Of a DNA stretch of 64,000 nucleotides, positions 29,055 through 39,867 are shown piece by piece. The DNA comes from Spirochaetia bacterium (GTDB lineage: Bacteria; Spirochaetota; Spirochaetia; SZUA-6; Bin103), in NCBI GenBank assembly GCA_965203905.1, contig CBDBDQ010000005.1, positions 5,088,001 through 5,152,000 on the forward strand, written 5' to 3'. Position 1 is the stretch's first letter. Every line of letters starts with the position of its first letter. A program made the translations under genes and the position numbers. The notes under the pieces are model-generated. The model saw only the letters and a list, made by a program, of their open reading frames with translations. It was not told the origin of the DNA and searched no databases.

Positions 29055-30980
29055 CTAGTTCTTGAAGAAGAGCTGCTCGCCGGCGAAGTTAGCGGCGATG
29101 GCGAAGCCGCCGGTGGGCACGTTGCCCAGGTTCTTGTTGACGATCAGCGGGTACTTGACGTCTTCGACGTTGAGGATGATGTAGACGTTTTCCATCATGC
29201 GCTCGCGCACCTCCTCGATCGCCGCTTCCCGCTCGGCACCCGACCGGGCGATGGAGCGGTCCATGGCGGCCATGAATGCCTTCACGTCCTCGGGCGGCTC
29301 CTCGCCCTCGGCGCCCGCGGTGTTGAACCACGTGAACCAGGCGCGGCCGAACGCACTCGGCACGAAGTCCCACAGGGCGCCCCACCACAGCTCGGGACCG
29401 TGGTGCCACAGCAGGTCGGCCTTCAGCTCGTTGGCGTTGCGTCGGGTGGCCTGCAGGCCGGGCTCGATGGTCTTCATCGTGGTCTTGATGCCCACGTCCT
29501 GCCAGTGCTCGGCGATCATCTCGGTGACCGGCACCTGATCGGTGGCGTGCATGGCGATCTCGAACGGAATCTCGAAGGTCTTGCCGTCCGGCCCGAGCCG
29601 GAAGCCCTGGTCGTCGCGCTGGTCCAGGCCCATCTCGTCCAGCAGGCGGTTGGCCATGTCGGGATCGTACTCCGACGGCACGTAGGTGGAGGCGGTTGCG
29701 AAGCCGAAGTAGATGGCGTCGATGATCTCGTCGCGGTTGATGGCGACGCTCAGCGCCTTGCGGAAGCGCACGTCGTTCACGACTTCGCGCCACACCGGAT
29801 CGTCGTAGGTCAGGTTGAGCCGCGGATCGGTCGGGGTCACGTGCATGTCGAGCAGCACGACCTCGTAGCCGGCGCGGTCCTCGTTCTCCTTGTACAGGTC
29901 GAGCTTGTCGAGGGTGGCGTCCTCACGCAGGAAGTCCACCTCACCGGCCAGCACCTTCAGGTTGGACATCTCCACGTCCGCCACCACCTGCGAACGCAGG
30001 CCGTTGATGTAGGGGAGCTGCTGGCCGGCGCTGTCGACCTTGAAGTAGTAGGGGTTGCGGTCGAAAACCGCGGTGGTGGGGCTCTGCTCCACCAGCATCC
30101 ACGGGTTGAGCACCGGGAAGCCCAGCGCCTTGGGCCGGGTCAGGTCCCAGTTGCGGGCGTCGCGGTTGTTGAACAGCGTCCACCACTCGCCCTTGCTGAG
30201 CCCTTCCTCGGCGATCTCGTCCTCCAGGTCGGCGAGCGCCGTATAGTCGGCGTGCCACTGCTTGAGGTGGTGAGCCGGCTTCACGAACTCGGTGTAGCCC
30301 TTCCACTGCACGATCGACAGGTAGGCGGGAAAGCCGTCGTAGCGCTCGGCGAAGCTGATGCGAAAGGTGTAGTCGTCGATGATCTCGATCTTCAGCGGCT
30401 CACCGTCCGACTTGCTGGCCGACCGCATCCAGCGCGGGAACACCTTGGTGAGGTTCTCGTTGAGCAGGAAGTCCTCGTAGGTGAAGCGGACGTCCTCGGT
30501 GGTCACCGGCGTGCCGTCCGACCACTTGATCCCCTCGCGCAGCGTGAGGGTGAAGTTCTGGCCGTCGGGGGTGACCTCGAAGCTCGAAGCGACGTTGCCG
30601 CCGATGCCGTCGGCCAGGATGCCGGGGGCGGCGAGCAGGGACTCGTCGTTCATCACGAAGATGTCGGGATTCCAGGTCGGACTGGGCTGTACCGAGCGCA
30701 GGATGCCGCCGTACTTGCCGACCTCGAAGTCCAGGTCGCTGGCGGGGATGTCGTTGCGCTCCGCGCTGAGCACGCGCGGCTCCAGCGGCAGGCGCTCCTC
30801 CACCGGCGGCAGCTCTCCGGCCGCGACGAGGGCGGCCAACTCGGGCGCCTCGCTGTACTTGCCGCTGGATGTCATGGCAGCGGCGGTATCTGTGTCGCCG
30901 CTTTCCTCTTCTTCGCCACCGGCGAACAGCAGTGCCGGCAGCGCCATCAGCGAGACGGCGATCAACCATCGAATACTCAT
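29055..30980 (-). CDS. ABC substrate-binding protein, family 5 (probable rhamno-oligosaccharide)
   Basis: FAGGEEE N-terminus, EAPELAALVAAGELPPVEERLP, KWSDG; GGAGG SD; operon context. Confidence 0.92.
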   Translation of the reverse strand: MSIRWLIAVSLMALPALLFAGGEEEESGDTDTAAAMTSSGKYSEAPELAALVAAGELPPVEERLPLEPRVLSAERNDIPASDLDFEVGKYGGILRSVQPSPTWNPDIFVMNDESLLAAPGILADGIGGNVASSFEVTPDGQNFTLTLREGIKWSDGTPVTTEDVRFTYEDFLLNENLTKVFPRWMRSASKSDGEPLKIEIIDDYTFRISFAERYDGFPAYLSIVQWKGYTEFVKPAHHLKQWHADYTALADLEDEIAEEGLSKGEWWTLFNNRDARNWDLTRPKALGFPVLNPWMLVEQSPTTAVFDRNPYYFKVDSAGQQLPYINGLRSQVVADVEMSNLKVLAGEVDFLREDATLDKLDLYKENEDRAGYEVVLLDMHVTPTDPRLNLTYDDPVWREVVNDVRFRKALSVAINRDEIIDAIYFGFATASTYVPSEYDPDMANRLLDEMGLDQRDDQGFRLGPDGKTFEIPFEIAMHATDQVPVTEMIAEHWQDVGIKTTMKTIEPGLQATRRNANELKADLLWHHGPELWWGALWDFVPSAFGRAWFTWFNTAGAEGEEPPEDVKAFMAAMDRSIARSGAEREAAIEEVRERMMENVYIILNVEDVKYPLIVNKNLGNVPTGGFAIAANFAGEQLFFKN

Positions 30981-31179
30981 AGGGTCCTCCTTCCTTGAGC
31001 AATTGGAGATGTAGTGCGTCGTCGAGCGCAGCGAGAGCTGCGACTGGCCCTCCGCACGGGTAATCGTGCCGGTTATATAAGGAAACAGGATGCGTGACAA
31101 GCCGAGGACCTTGCCCTCTGCAAATAAGGTGGCGGTAACGGGGACGGGGGTCCGGGGGCGGGGGGTGTCTGTCCCTGTG

Positions 31180-31385
31180 GATGGCCGAGTGCGGTCGCAC
31201 CTCGTTGTAGAACTCCATCCACTCGTCGATCACCCGCCGCGCCACGAAGCCGTCCGCCAACTCGTGCAGGTACACCGCCTCGTACTTCATCGAGCGCCAC
31301 AGCCGCTCGATGAACACGTTGTCCAGACACCTGCCGCGCCCGTCCATCGAGCACCGTATTCCCGCCGCCTCCAGCAGCTCGCTTC
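31180..31385 (-). mobile_element. IS3-family transposase C-terminal fragment
   Basis: SMDGRGRCLDNVFIERLWRSMKYE...FYNEVRPHS. Confidence 0.85.
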
Positions 31386-31590
31386 GGGCTGGCCGACCAC
31401 GGTGCCGAGCTGGGGCGGCATGCTGAGCCGCGAGGGGCGCCAGTACATGGAGATCGCGCCGCGGCTGGCGGTGTGGCCGGGGCTGTGCCTGACGGTGGTG
31501 GTGTACTGCCTGAACATGGTCGGCGACGCGGTGCGCGACCTGCTCGACCCGCGCCTGCGCGGCGGCAGCGGCCGCCTCGGCGCCTACGGC
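31385..31590 (+). pseudogene. dppC-like 3' fragment
   Basis: VPSWGGMLSREGRQYMEIAPRL...GDAVRDLLDPRLRGG. Confidence 0.85.
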
Positions 31591-31724
31591 TCCCAGGCAG
31601 TCGGAAAGGGCGGAGGAACCACACGGTCGGCACCGACGTGAGGCTGCTTCCGCGTCCCGGACATCTTGTCGCATAGGGTGCGGGGAGCGGTCTTGGTTCC
31701 GCAACGCGAGGCGTGGCCCGTCAA

Positions 31725-31908
31725 TCTCTGACTCGAATTCTTGACTCTTCGACGATGAAGAGCCGACCACTGATCTCGTCGGTAATACCCCGAGTAGCTT
31801 CCTGCCAACTTCCAGGATATGGTCGCGCGCCTGGTCGTTGAGGCGCAACACGACGATGCCTGAATACCTGCGAGGCGGGTATGTCCGGATGTCCATCTTG
31901 AAGCGCAC
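31725..31908 (-). pseudogene. DUF5615 PIN-like toxin with internal deletion
   Basis: MRFKMD joined directly to IRTYPPRRYSGIVVLRL. Confidence 0.65.
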
Positions 31909-31918
31909 GCCGCCGGCC

Positions 31919-32146
31919 CTATCGTGACAACGACAGTATTCGCTCCTTGGCCAAGTCCGCCGCGTAGCCTACGGCGGCTTGGACCGACTGCCGGCTGATC
32001 GACGGATAGCTCCTGACGATGTCCTCCACTCGCATTCCGGCTGCCAAGCTATCGAGGATCGTAGTCACGAGCACCCGCGTGCCTGTGACACACTCCCGGC
32101 CATGGCAAATCATCGGATCGACAGTTATATGGTCGCGCCAGTCCAT
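31919..32146 (-). CDS. DUF433 antitoxin
   Basis: ITVDP.ICHG..CVTGTRVLV..ILD.LAAG. Confidence 0.85.
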   Translation of the reverse strand: MDWRDHITVDPMICHGRECVTGTRVLVTTILDSLAAGMRVEDIVRSYPSISRQSVQAAVGYAADLAKERILSLSR

Positions 32147-32289
32147 GGGGTCCTCCACAACCGCCGTTGACCGGGGACTACCGCCCCTTGCCGGACAGAT
32201 CGAACAGCTTGCTCATGGGATCACGTTACGCGGCACCGGTGCCTGGATCAAGTGTCGAGGCTGTCGAGGCGGGGGCGTCTGGACATGGC

Positions 32290-33165
32290 GCCGCGCACCG
32301 CCGGCCACGTCTACCTCCAGCGCGATGTCCGCGTATCCTTTTCCCAGCTCCGCCTCCGAGCGGAACACGTAGTAGTCGGTCACGCTCAGATAGGCGGCCA
32401 GGAAGCCCTGCACCACCTTCTCGCCGCTGATGTAGTCGCGGATGCCGGTCTGCGGCATGATCGCCTCGTCCAGGAAGTCGAACACCGGTCGCCACTCGCC
32501 CCGGTTGGCCATCGCCATCAGCAACTGCTCGACCCGGAACAGGTTGACCGAGAACACTCCCACGTCGCGGATGCTGAGCAGCCCGAAGTAGTGCAGCAGG
32601 GAGAGGAAGTTCTCGGGATCGGTGAGGCGCTCCAGCGGGAAGCTCGGCTGGATGCGGGTATCCACCTGCTGCTCGCCGATAATGTCGCGCAGCAGGTCGA
32701 AGTTGCCGTTCAGTTGCCGGCCCACCACCAGCAGGTGGCGCAGCTTGCCGTAGTCGATGCGCACGTTGGTGTCGATCAGGTAGGTCGGCACGTCCCGGTT
32801 CGGGATGGAGTTGTCGAGGTAGTAGAGCACCATGTCGGTGTTGTGCAGATCGGTGGCGGCTTCCTTGGCGAAACGGTAGCCGTTGTACCACTCGCTCATG
32901 ATGCCCATGGCGGTCTCCACGTCCTGGTTGAACACGCCCAGGTCGCGGTACGTCTCGACCAGGCGCCGCACCTCCGGCTCGGTGAGCCGACCATCTCGTT
33001 GAAGTCCGGGTGCAGGCTGATGTTCTTGCCGATGTTGAAGCCGCTGGTGACGTCGTCCATGGTGACCGGCGACACGCCGGTGATGAACAGGCGCTCCAGG
33101 CCGCCGCCGCCGCTGCGGTCGGCGCCGGACCTCAGGATGGCGAAGAAGTTGCGTAGAAGCCGCCG
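32290..33165 (-). pseudogene. AAA-ATPase / PD-(D/E)XK (DUF1703-type) protein fragment
   Basis: LFITGVSP, WYNGYRF, YFGLLS, SEAELGKGYADI; frameshift and internal deletions. Confidence 0.75.
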
Positions 33166-34533
33166 CCGTCGTGTAGCCAGAAACGGACGCTTCTATTTGC
33201 CGAGCATCTCACTGACGAGGTGCTTCTGAACTTGCCGCATCGCCAGTTCGTGTTCGCCCTGCCGAACGCGCTGCGCATCTGCTTCCGCCACGACCGTCGG
33301 CTGTTCGGCCATGTCTCGCGGCTGATCTACCACATCATCCAGGAGTTCTATCATCAAGCTGCCGGTAGGCCGATTCGGACCGGTGTCGTAATCGCTCACC
33401 AGACATTCGGCGACATGTTGCGCTGGAACCCTCATTTCCACGCTATCGTCTTGGAAGGCGGTTTCGACGAGCAGGGTACCTTCGTGTACATACCGCTTGG
33501 CCACCTGCAGGCCATGACCGAGCTGCTGCGTCGCCGGGTGGTCGCGTTGCTGGTGGATCAGAAGCTACTCGACCGCCGCTTCGCGCGTAACATGCTGTCC
33601 TGGCGGCACTCCGGCTTCAGCATTGACAATTCAGTTCGCATCCTCGATCGAGGTGTGCAGCGATCTCTGGCTGAATACGTCTCGCGCCCTGCGATCTCCG
33701 CGCAAGCGCTGGAACAAGATCCGCTATGAACCCTTCAAAGGTCGTGTGTTGTTCCACACCACATACTCGGACTATTTCAAGCGCTGGGAAGCCAGCGCCA
33801 GAAATCGTGCACCTCTTCGACGCTCTGGACTTCCTTGCCGAGCTCGGAGATTGCCTGCGGCAACTCTCCAGCACATCCCACCGGCGCGGGTGCAACTCAT
33901 TCGTCGTTATGGTTTGTACTCCTCGCGGATCAAGGGTCACTGGACCCGCATGCCCTACGTTCTGCAGCGGGCGCCATCAGGTTGCACGAGCTCAGAGGTG
34001 CCTGCAACGGAAACCGACGCTCCAGACGCGCGTGAACGTCGCCATGCGTGGGCCCGCCTGCTCGCTCGAGTCTACGAAATCGACCCACTTGTCTGCCCCC
34101 GCTGCGGAGCTCGGTTAGAGGATTGCCGCAGGCAATCCCGTGATCCGCAGTGATCCAGAATCCCGTGCAAATCATAAAGATCCTGGACCACCTGGTGAGA
34201 ACCGGTCGAAACGACGAGCTATAGCTCGTCGTCCGCCTCCGGGGCTCGATCCGACCACCCTCGACTGAACAGGTTACTCGGCGTTGAGCCGAACTGCCGC
34301 TCGGATTGCGGCGGCGGTTCCACCCAGGGCAAGGTGCGAACGCCCGCGTCGGCGGCAGTCTTCACCGAGCCTCATCGCAGCCCCTATGCGCGGCATTCTC
34401 ACCGGCACGCGCCGCCGTCAGCGGTCGTTATCGCTGCTTCAGCCAGCCGTTCGCCATCGTGCCGATCAGTTACCATCCCGATGCTGCTCGCGGTGCTTTT
34501 ACGCTCGTTCGCTCTCGATTACTCTTCCTATCA
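33165..34533 (+). mobile_element. IS91-family (Y2 HUH) transposase remnant with putative terminus ...TTCCTATC
   Basis: PSCSQKRT, PHRQFVF.LP, QTFG..LRWNPHFH, WRHSGFS, RRYGLYS, DPLVCPRCG; several frameshifts. Confidence 0.8.
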
Positions 34534-34535
34534 TT

Positions 34536-34908
34536 CACCGCCACCACGACGTTGAGGGCGGTGGCGGCCAGCCCCACCGTCAGCGACAGCCGCGCCCCGT
34601 GGATGAGGCGACTCAGCAGGTCGCGCCCGACGTGGTCGGTGCCCAGCAGGTACTGGGCCGAGGGGGCCTGCAGGCGGTCGCGCAGGTGGATCTCCTGGTA
34701 GCGGTAGGGCGCCAGCGAATCGGCGAAGATGCTGACCAGCACCAGGATCAGGATGACGATGCCGCCGGCGGTCCCCAACGGCTGCTCGCGCACCAGCCGC
34801 CCGAAGAACTTCCTCAGCCCGGCCTGGCCGGCCGCAGCCGCCCCCGCGACCGGCTCGGCGACGGCCGGCGTCAACGGAGATACGTCACCCATGGGCTTCC
34901 CTCATTGC
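34536..34908 (-). pseudogene. dppC-like 5' fragment, apparently identical duplicate of 41021-41393
   Basis: ~373-bp match, no mismatch seen by eye. Confidence 0.9.
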
Positions 34909-34910
34909 GG

Positions 34911-35256
34911 CTACTGCCGGATCCTGAGCCTTCCTGGTTCAGCGGTGACGATCGCTCCTGCTTCAAGCTCGGCCCCATGAGCTTCGAGGACTTGGTCGCG
35001 CACTACCGTCTGCTGGCGAGCGGCAAAGCCGACCAAGCGTAGAATTCCATGATGCGGCCGCTCGTGCACGACAGCCAGTTCGCCGAAGTCCTTGTCCAGC
35101 GTCACGAGGACGCGACGCTCGCCATGGGCTCTGGTGAGAATCTCGTCGTCGCCAGGGTCTTCGGGCGAATCGCCAGCGAACTCAACATCGTGGCCAGCGG
35201 CCCTCAGCCCACCGACGGCACCACCCCAGACGCACGAATCCCAGGAGCAGCCTCAT
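34911..35256 (-). pseudogene. DUF5615 PIN-like toxin, one frameshift near the start
   Basis: LRAAGHDV...DPGDDEIL...LVTLDKDFGEL...HHGILRL. Confidence 0.75.
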
Positions 35257-35510
35257 CCATCCCCGGGGACGAGGAGAGGTTCTACTCGCTCGCGACCGAC
35301 GACGCGGCGGGCGTACGCCAGACAGGCGAGGATGTCTTCAGGCTCGAGCCACGGATAGCCCTGCAGTATGGTCTCGTGATCGTCGCCTGCCGCCAGCATT
35401 CCCAACACGTGCTCGACGGCCAGACGACGGCCTCGCACGATCGGTTTGCCGCCGTAAATCCGCGGATCGGCAGAGATTCGCTCAAGGAGGTTTATTTCGT
35501 CTATAGTCAT
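35253..35510 (-). CDS. DUF433 antitoxin
   Basis: RISADPRIYGGKPIVRGRRLAVE. Confidence 0.88.
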   Translation of the reverse strand: MTIDEINLLERISADPRIYGGKPIVRGRRLAVEHVLGMLAAGDDHETILQGYPWLEPEDILACLAYARRVVGRERVEPLLVPGDG

Positions 35511-35694
35511 TCAATCTTATCTTACTGGTAGAGCGCGAGGAGCGCTACGATTGGTCGCGGCGCTTCCACCACCGGTCGATCCAGCGTTGCTCGGCGGAGA
35601 GGCCAGCCGCCATCGGCGCGGCGGCGTGACCTGACGGCGGCTTCGGCCGGCTCGGCGCCAGCCGGCGTCAACTGTGATACATGACCGTGCCGCC

Positions 35695-36651
35695 TCATTC
35701 GTAGCGAATCCGCGGGTCCAGCGAAGCATACAGCAAATCGGTGAGCAGGTTGACGAACACCACCACCGTGGCGAAGAACAGGTTCACCGCCGATACCACC
35801 GGGTAGTCGCGGTCGTTGAGCGCGTCCAGCATCAGCCGCCCCAGCCCCGGCAGGTTGAAGATGTTCTCGATGATCACCGAGCCGCCCACCAGAATCGGGA
35901 GCTGCATGCCCACCAGCGTCACCACCGGGATGATGGCGTTCTTGAGCGCGTGGCGCAGAATCACCGACCGCTCCAGCAGCCCCTTGGCCCAGGCGGTCCT
36001 GATGTAGTCCTGCCTCAGCACCTCCAGCATCATGGTGCGAATCATGCGCATGGTGCTGGCCGCCAGGTAGGTGCCGAGGATCAGGCTCGGGATCAGGAAC
36101 ATGCCGAGGTTGCCCAGCGGGTCCTGGGCCAACGGAATCAGTTCCATCGGCGGCGACCACGCCCACCAGATGGCCGGGTAGATCATCACCATCGTTCCCA
36201 GCCAGAAGTTGGGCGTCGCCAGCCCCATGATGGCGACCGACCGTCCCAGGTAGTCGGCGGCGGTGTACTGGCGCACCGCCGAGTAGATGCCCACCGGCAG
36301 CGCGATGACCAGGCCGATGAGGATGGCCAGCAGCCCGAGCTCGGCGGTGACCGGCAGTCGTCCCAGCATGCGCTGCTCGATCCGCCAGCCGCCCAGCAGC
36401 GACTCGCCGAGGGTGCCGCGCAGGAGGATGCCACCGATCCAGCGGCCGTACTGCACGTGGATCGGCAGGTCCAGGCCGAGCCGCTGTTCGATGGTCGCGC
36501 GGTCGATCTGGCCGCCCACGAATGCCGTGCGACCGACCATGATGTCGATGACGTCGCCGGGGATGAAGCGGACGGACAGGAACACCAACACGCTCAGGAT
36601 GAACAGGGTCGGGACGACCAGCAGCAGCCGGCGGATGATGTACGCTCTCAT
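35695..36651 (-). CDS. ABC permease DppB-like (locus C)
   Basis: Full-length paralog with high-GC codon usage. Confidence 0.92.
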   Translation of the reverse strand: MRAYIIRRLLLVVPTLFILSVLVFLSVRFIPGDVIDIMVGRTAFVGGQIDRATIEQRLGLDLPIHVQYGRWIGGILLRGTLGESLLGGWRIEQRMLGRLPVTAELGLLAILIGLVIALPVGIYSAVRQYTAADYLGRSVAIMGLATPNFWLGTMVMIYPAIWWAWSPPMELIPLAQDPLGNLGMFLIPSLILGTYLAASTMRMIRTMMLEVLRQDYIRTAWAKGLLERSVILRHALKNAIIPVVTLVGMQLPILVGGSVIIENIFNLPGLGRLMLDALNDRDYPVVSAVNLFFATVVVFVNLLTDLLYASLDPRIRYE

Positions 36652-36815
36652 ATCTTCGTGGTAATAGGGCGCCGGGAAGCTTGAGGCTCCCGGCGCCCTG
36701 CTCAACAGCAAACAGAACGAGCGCGAAAACGCTCGCGGACCCCACCGCTAGGCGTGGCCCCGGCATGTGGAGTCGCGCAGCGACTCCCGTTTCAGTCGCC
36801 CCAGGGGCGATGAAT

Positions 36816-38633
36816 TCAGAATCCCATTTCTCGCTTCAGATCCTGGTCGATCCAGAGGCGGGCGAGGACGGGATGATACTGCAGGTCTCCCAGCGAGTAT
36901 TCACCGTTGTAGCCCTTGACCCACGGATTGTTCGCCTGAAACTGTGGCGCCAGAGGACCCCAAATCTGATTGTGTTGCTCGATCACGGACATATCATATG
37001 CTTTCGATGCCTCCAACTGCTCCTCCAAGGTCGTGGCGGCGTAATAGGCATCAGAGGCCGCGTCCAGCACGGAGGTGTCGATTGCGCACGGGTCGCTACA
37101 GGCCAAGTACTCCCGGCTAAATGGGTTGTCACTGCGATGAGCGTCCAGCCAGAAGCCCGTATGGGCCATGTCGCCAGTGGCCATCTCATACGTGAGGTCT
37201 GCTTTCGCAGCAACCCAAGTCGCCGTGTCAGCAATCTTGGTCGTTACCTCAACGCCAATATCAGACCAGTAGCCGGCAGCGATTTCTGTATAGCCCAAAT
37301 CAATGACGTCTCGGTGCAAATACTCTGCCGTGAATCGGATTCCGTCCGCGCCGCGCGGATAGCCAGCCTCATCAAGGAGTTCCTCGGCACTCTCCGGATC
37401 GTACCGGTAGTATCGTTTGAGCTCGTCTGGCCACTCTTCAAATGGTGTGTAACCCCCCTTGATGCCAATCCACCGAGGGTTTTCCCAGTCTGCAAAACCG
37501 CCAAAGTAGGTATCGTTAATCGTCTCGAGATCCAGTGCCATCTGCAGTGCATGGCGCACCCTGATGTCGTCAAATGGCGCGTTGCGAATGTTCAGACCAA
37601 AGACCTGAAACGCCCGCTGGTAATAACTGTGCACCTCGATTTCGGGGTTGGTCCTTTGGAGGCTCCTTATCACGTCCATGTTTCCTATGTCAACGACGCC
37701 GGCGTGCTGAATGATATCAACCTTGCCCGTACGCATTGCCGATATACGTGTTGCTTCGTCTGCCATAAGGAGAGCCCTTATCTCGTCAACATAAGGCAAG
37801 CGGTTCTCCGGGTATTTCTCGTCGTAGTCCCAGAAGTCAGGATTCTTGGTAAAGGTTTTTGAGACGCCCTCGACATAGTCAGTCAGTATAAGGGGCCCGG
37901 TGCCGACCACGTTCTTCCAATCCTCATAGTTGCCGTATTGCTCGATTACGTCAGGGGGTAGTATCCAATTCTGAGCTTCGTTGAGGATCGCCCATAGCGC
38001 ACCGAGGGATAGCCTTGTCATCTTCATGACGACCGTGTATTTGTCGGTGGCCTCTATCGATTCCCATGGCAGGTTGAACGTGGTGCCAGGCCTAAGGGGA
38101 GGTTCGGTGAAGTCACCCTGAGCGGTACTGCGCTGATAGGTATAGACGACATCATCGGCAGTTAGCTCCCGACCATTTACTAAGCGACTGGCCTCACTGT
38201 CTGGATTAAGAGCGTAGTGAACGCCCTGACGGATGTGAAAAACGTAGGTCAGCGGGTCGGGCGTCTCCCAGCTTTCCGCCAGATTCCCTGTCAAGAAGCG
38301 CGCAGGGACGTAATTGTCTGTCCAGTCAAATTCCTCCCTATCCAGTGCCCAGTCCCCGAGCGCGAGCTTCTCATTGACACCGTCTATGAGCCAGCCCGCT
38401 TCGAAGCCAACAGCAAAGGGGTCTACATTATTGCTTACTCTGTTATAGGGATAGGTTAATGTCCCGCCGTACTCCGGCGCGGTCACCATCTTGCCGGTGG
38501 CGGGGTCCATCACCATTTCCTTCTCCATCGCCGCTGCCGGCTCCTCTTCTGCGCCGGTCGCCCAAAGGCCGGTTGCCGTCAGGACGAGCCCGAACAGTAC
38601 CGCCAGCAATTTTCGCGAGATTGCGTAGTGCAT
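36816..38633 (-). CDS. ABC substrate-binding protein, family 5 (locus C)
   Basis: Paralog motifs; AGGAG SD before MHYAIS. Confidence 0.93.
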   Translation of the reverse strand: MHYAISRKLLAVLFGLVLTATGLWATGAEEEPAAAMEKEMVMDPATGKMVTAPEYGGTLTYPYNRVSNNVDPFAVGFEAGWLIDGVNEKLALGDWALDREEFDWTDNYVPARFLTGNLAESWETPDPLTYVFHIRQGVHYALNPDSEASRLVNGRELTADDVVYTYQRSTAQGDFTEPPLRPGTTFNLPWESIEATDKYTVVMKMTRLSLGALWAILNEAQNWILPPDVIEQYGNYEDWKNVVGTGPLILTDYVEGVSKTFTKNPDFWDYDEKYPENRLPYVDEIRALLMADEATRISAMRTGKVDIIQHAGVVDIGNMDVIRSLQRTNPEIEVHSYYQRAFQVFGLNIRNAPFDDIRVRHALQMALDLETINDTYFGGFADWENPRWIGIKGGYTPFEEWPDELKRYYRYDPESAEELLDEAGYPRGADGIRFTAEYLHRDVIDLGYTEIAAGYWSDIGVEVTTKIADTATWVAAKADLTYEMATGDMAHTGFWLDAHRSDNPFSREYLACSDPCAIDTSVLDAASDAYYAATTLEEQLEASKAYDMSVIEQHNQIWGPLAPQFQANNPWVKGYNGEYSLGDLQYHPVLARLWIDQDLKREMGF

Positions 38634-39200
38634 CTTTGACTCCTGATACTCGTGATATTTGAGAGTGCCGATGCCACTGGCCATCCCTCGCCCACTCTCG
38701 CGGTACACCTGGTATCGCCGGTGCCCGGGAAAACGAGGGGGGACAGCCTCGAGCTACATCTACATCCGGCACCTCCTTGAACGCGTGCGCGGACCTGAGC
38801 CCGGAGCGTCGCGGGGGGCGGTGGTCCGCGACCGTTCGGTCGGCGCTGCAGCGCGGGTGAGTGACCGGCAACGCCGGCGGCCCGCCAGGCAGGCGGTCGG
38901 AGTAGCGGTGGTCCAGGAGAAGTGGCGCGCGGGGCGCGCTGCGCGTTCAGCCTGAGCGCTTACGCTTGGGGGGGGGGTAGGCGAGGATAGGACGCGCCGG
39001 TGGCGTTGCCGCTAGGAGCGTGTCGGCTGCGCCGACGAGGTCCGAGCGGATCGGCGGAATAGACCGCCCCGGCGCCTCGGGCGTCGGTTTATGGGGCGCC
39101 AACCGGTGGCGGCGCTGAGTAGTGTCATCAGGCATCGTTCGCATCCGTTCGTTACCCGAGACACGACCCTCGGACACCTGGGCAAACACGTCAAGCGGCA
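38634..39200 (-). promoter_or_regulatory. Diverged upstream module of locus C (stem 38661-38699, SD 38772-38777 then ATGTAGATGTAG, C10 38968-38977)
   Basis: Shared blocks GGGGCGGTGGTC, CCGGCAACGCCGGCGG, TCAGCCTGAGCG, AACCGGT...GCGCTGA on the + strand. Confidence 0.6.
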
Positions 39201-39466
39201 ATTGACGATTTTTTTTTCGATTTCTTTCGGGGCCGTCGCGGCCGCCGTGAGCGCCGTCCCGGCGCCGATCCGGGCGCATCGCCCTCTCCAGAGCCGTCAT
39301 TCGCCGCAGTTTGGCCGTCCGCAGGCCGTTCACCGTCCGCGTCGGCCTCACAGCGGCCCGCTGAGGGCCTTCCAGCGCCTCCGGGCTAGCCTGGGGTACC
39401 CCTGAGAAACACCCGTCACCCGCGAGCCTGCCTCGTCCGACCATGGCGGGCGGCCAGGCCGCGGTG

Positions 39467-39539
39467 CCGCCGAGGGTGCCGCGCAGGAGGATGCCACCGA
39501 TCCAGCGGCCGTACTGCACGTGAATCGGCAGGTCCAGGC
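39467..39539 (-). pseudogene. ~72-bp dppB fragment, copy of ~36405-36477
   Basis: One mismatch seen; RLDLPIHVQYGRWIGGILLRGTLG. Confidence 0.85.
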
Positions 39540-39594
39540 GTTGACTGTACATAGCTAGGTCGAGGTGCGTATACTCAAACTTGAGAGATGGCAG

Positions 39595-39867
39595 ATGCCA
39601 CCGGTGTCGCATCCCTTCAAGCAAGGTGCTCTGGTCGTCCTGATGAACTACAATGACCATGCGCCGCCACACGTACACGTCAGGTATCAAGGCGATGTCC
39701 GCAGCTATCGGCTCGACATCAGAACCAGAGAGTGGCTTCGGCCCGGCGTGGCATTGCCACCCCGTCTGCGAAGAATGATCGAATCATGGGTAGAAGCACA
39801 CGAGGAAGAACTGCTGGAGCAGTGGGATAGATCCCGGCGGGGGCAGCCGGTTTCCGTAGTGGGATGA
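39595..39867 (+). CDS. DUF4160 protein (TA-like)
   Basis: YNDHAPPHVHVRY...HEEELLEQW. Confidence 0.82.
   Translation: MPPVSHPFKQGALVVLMNYNDHAPPHVHVRYQGDVRSYRLDIRTREWLRPGVALPPRLRRMIESWVEAHEEELLEQWDRSRRGQPVSVVG

Noticed and set aside
24041-30998. Long antisense ORFs (24041-26281, 28485-30998; also 12642-14594, 56276-58132, 62592-63941)
   Set aside because: Shadow ORFs opposite well-supported high-GC genes.
6250-35245. Programmed frameshifts at ~6256, ~10028, ~19328 and ~35241
   Set aside because: These are single-base indels, mostly in short homopolymers and without slippery-site structure; sequencing error or decay is more likely.
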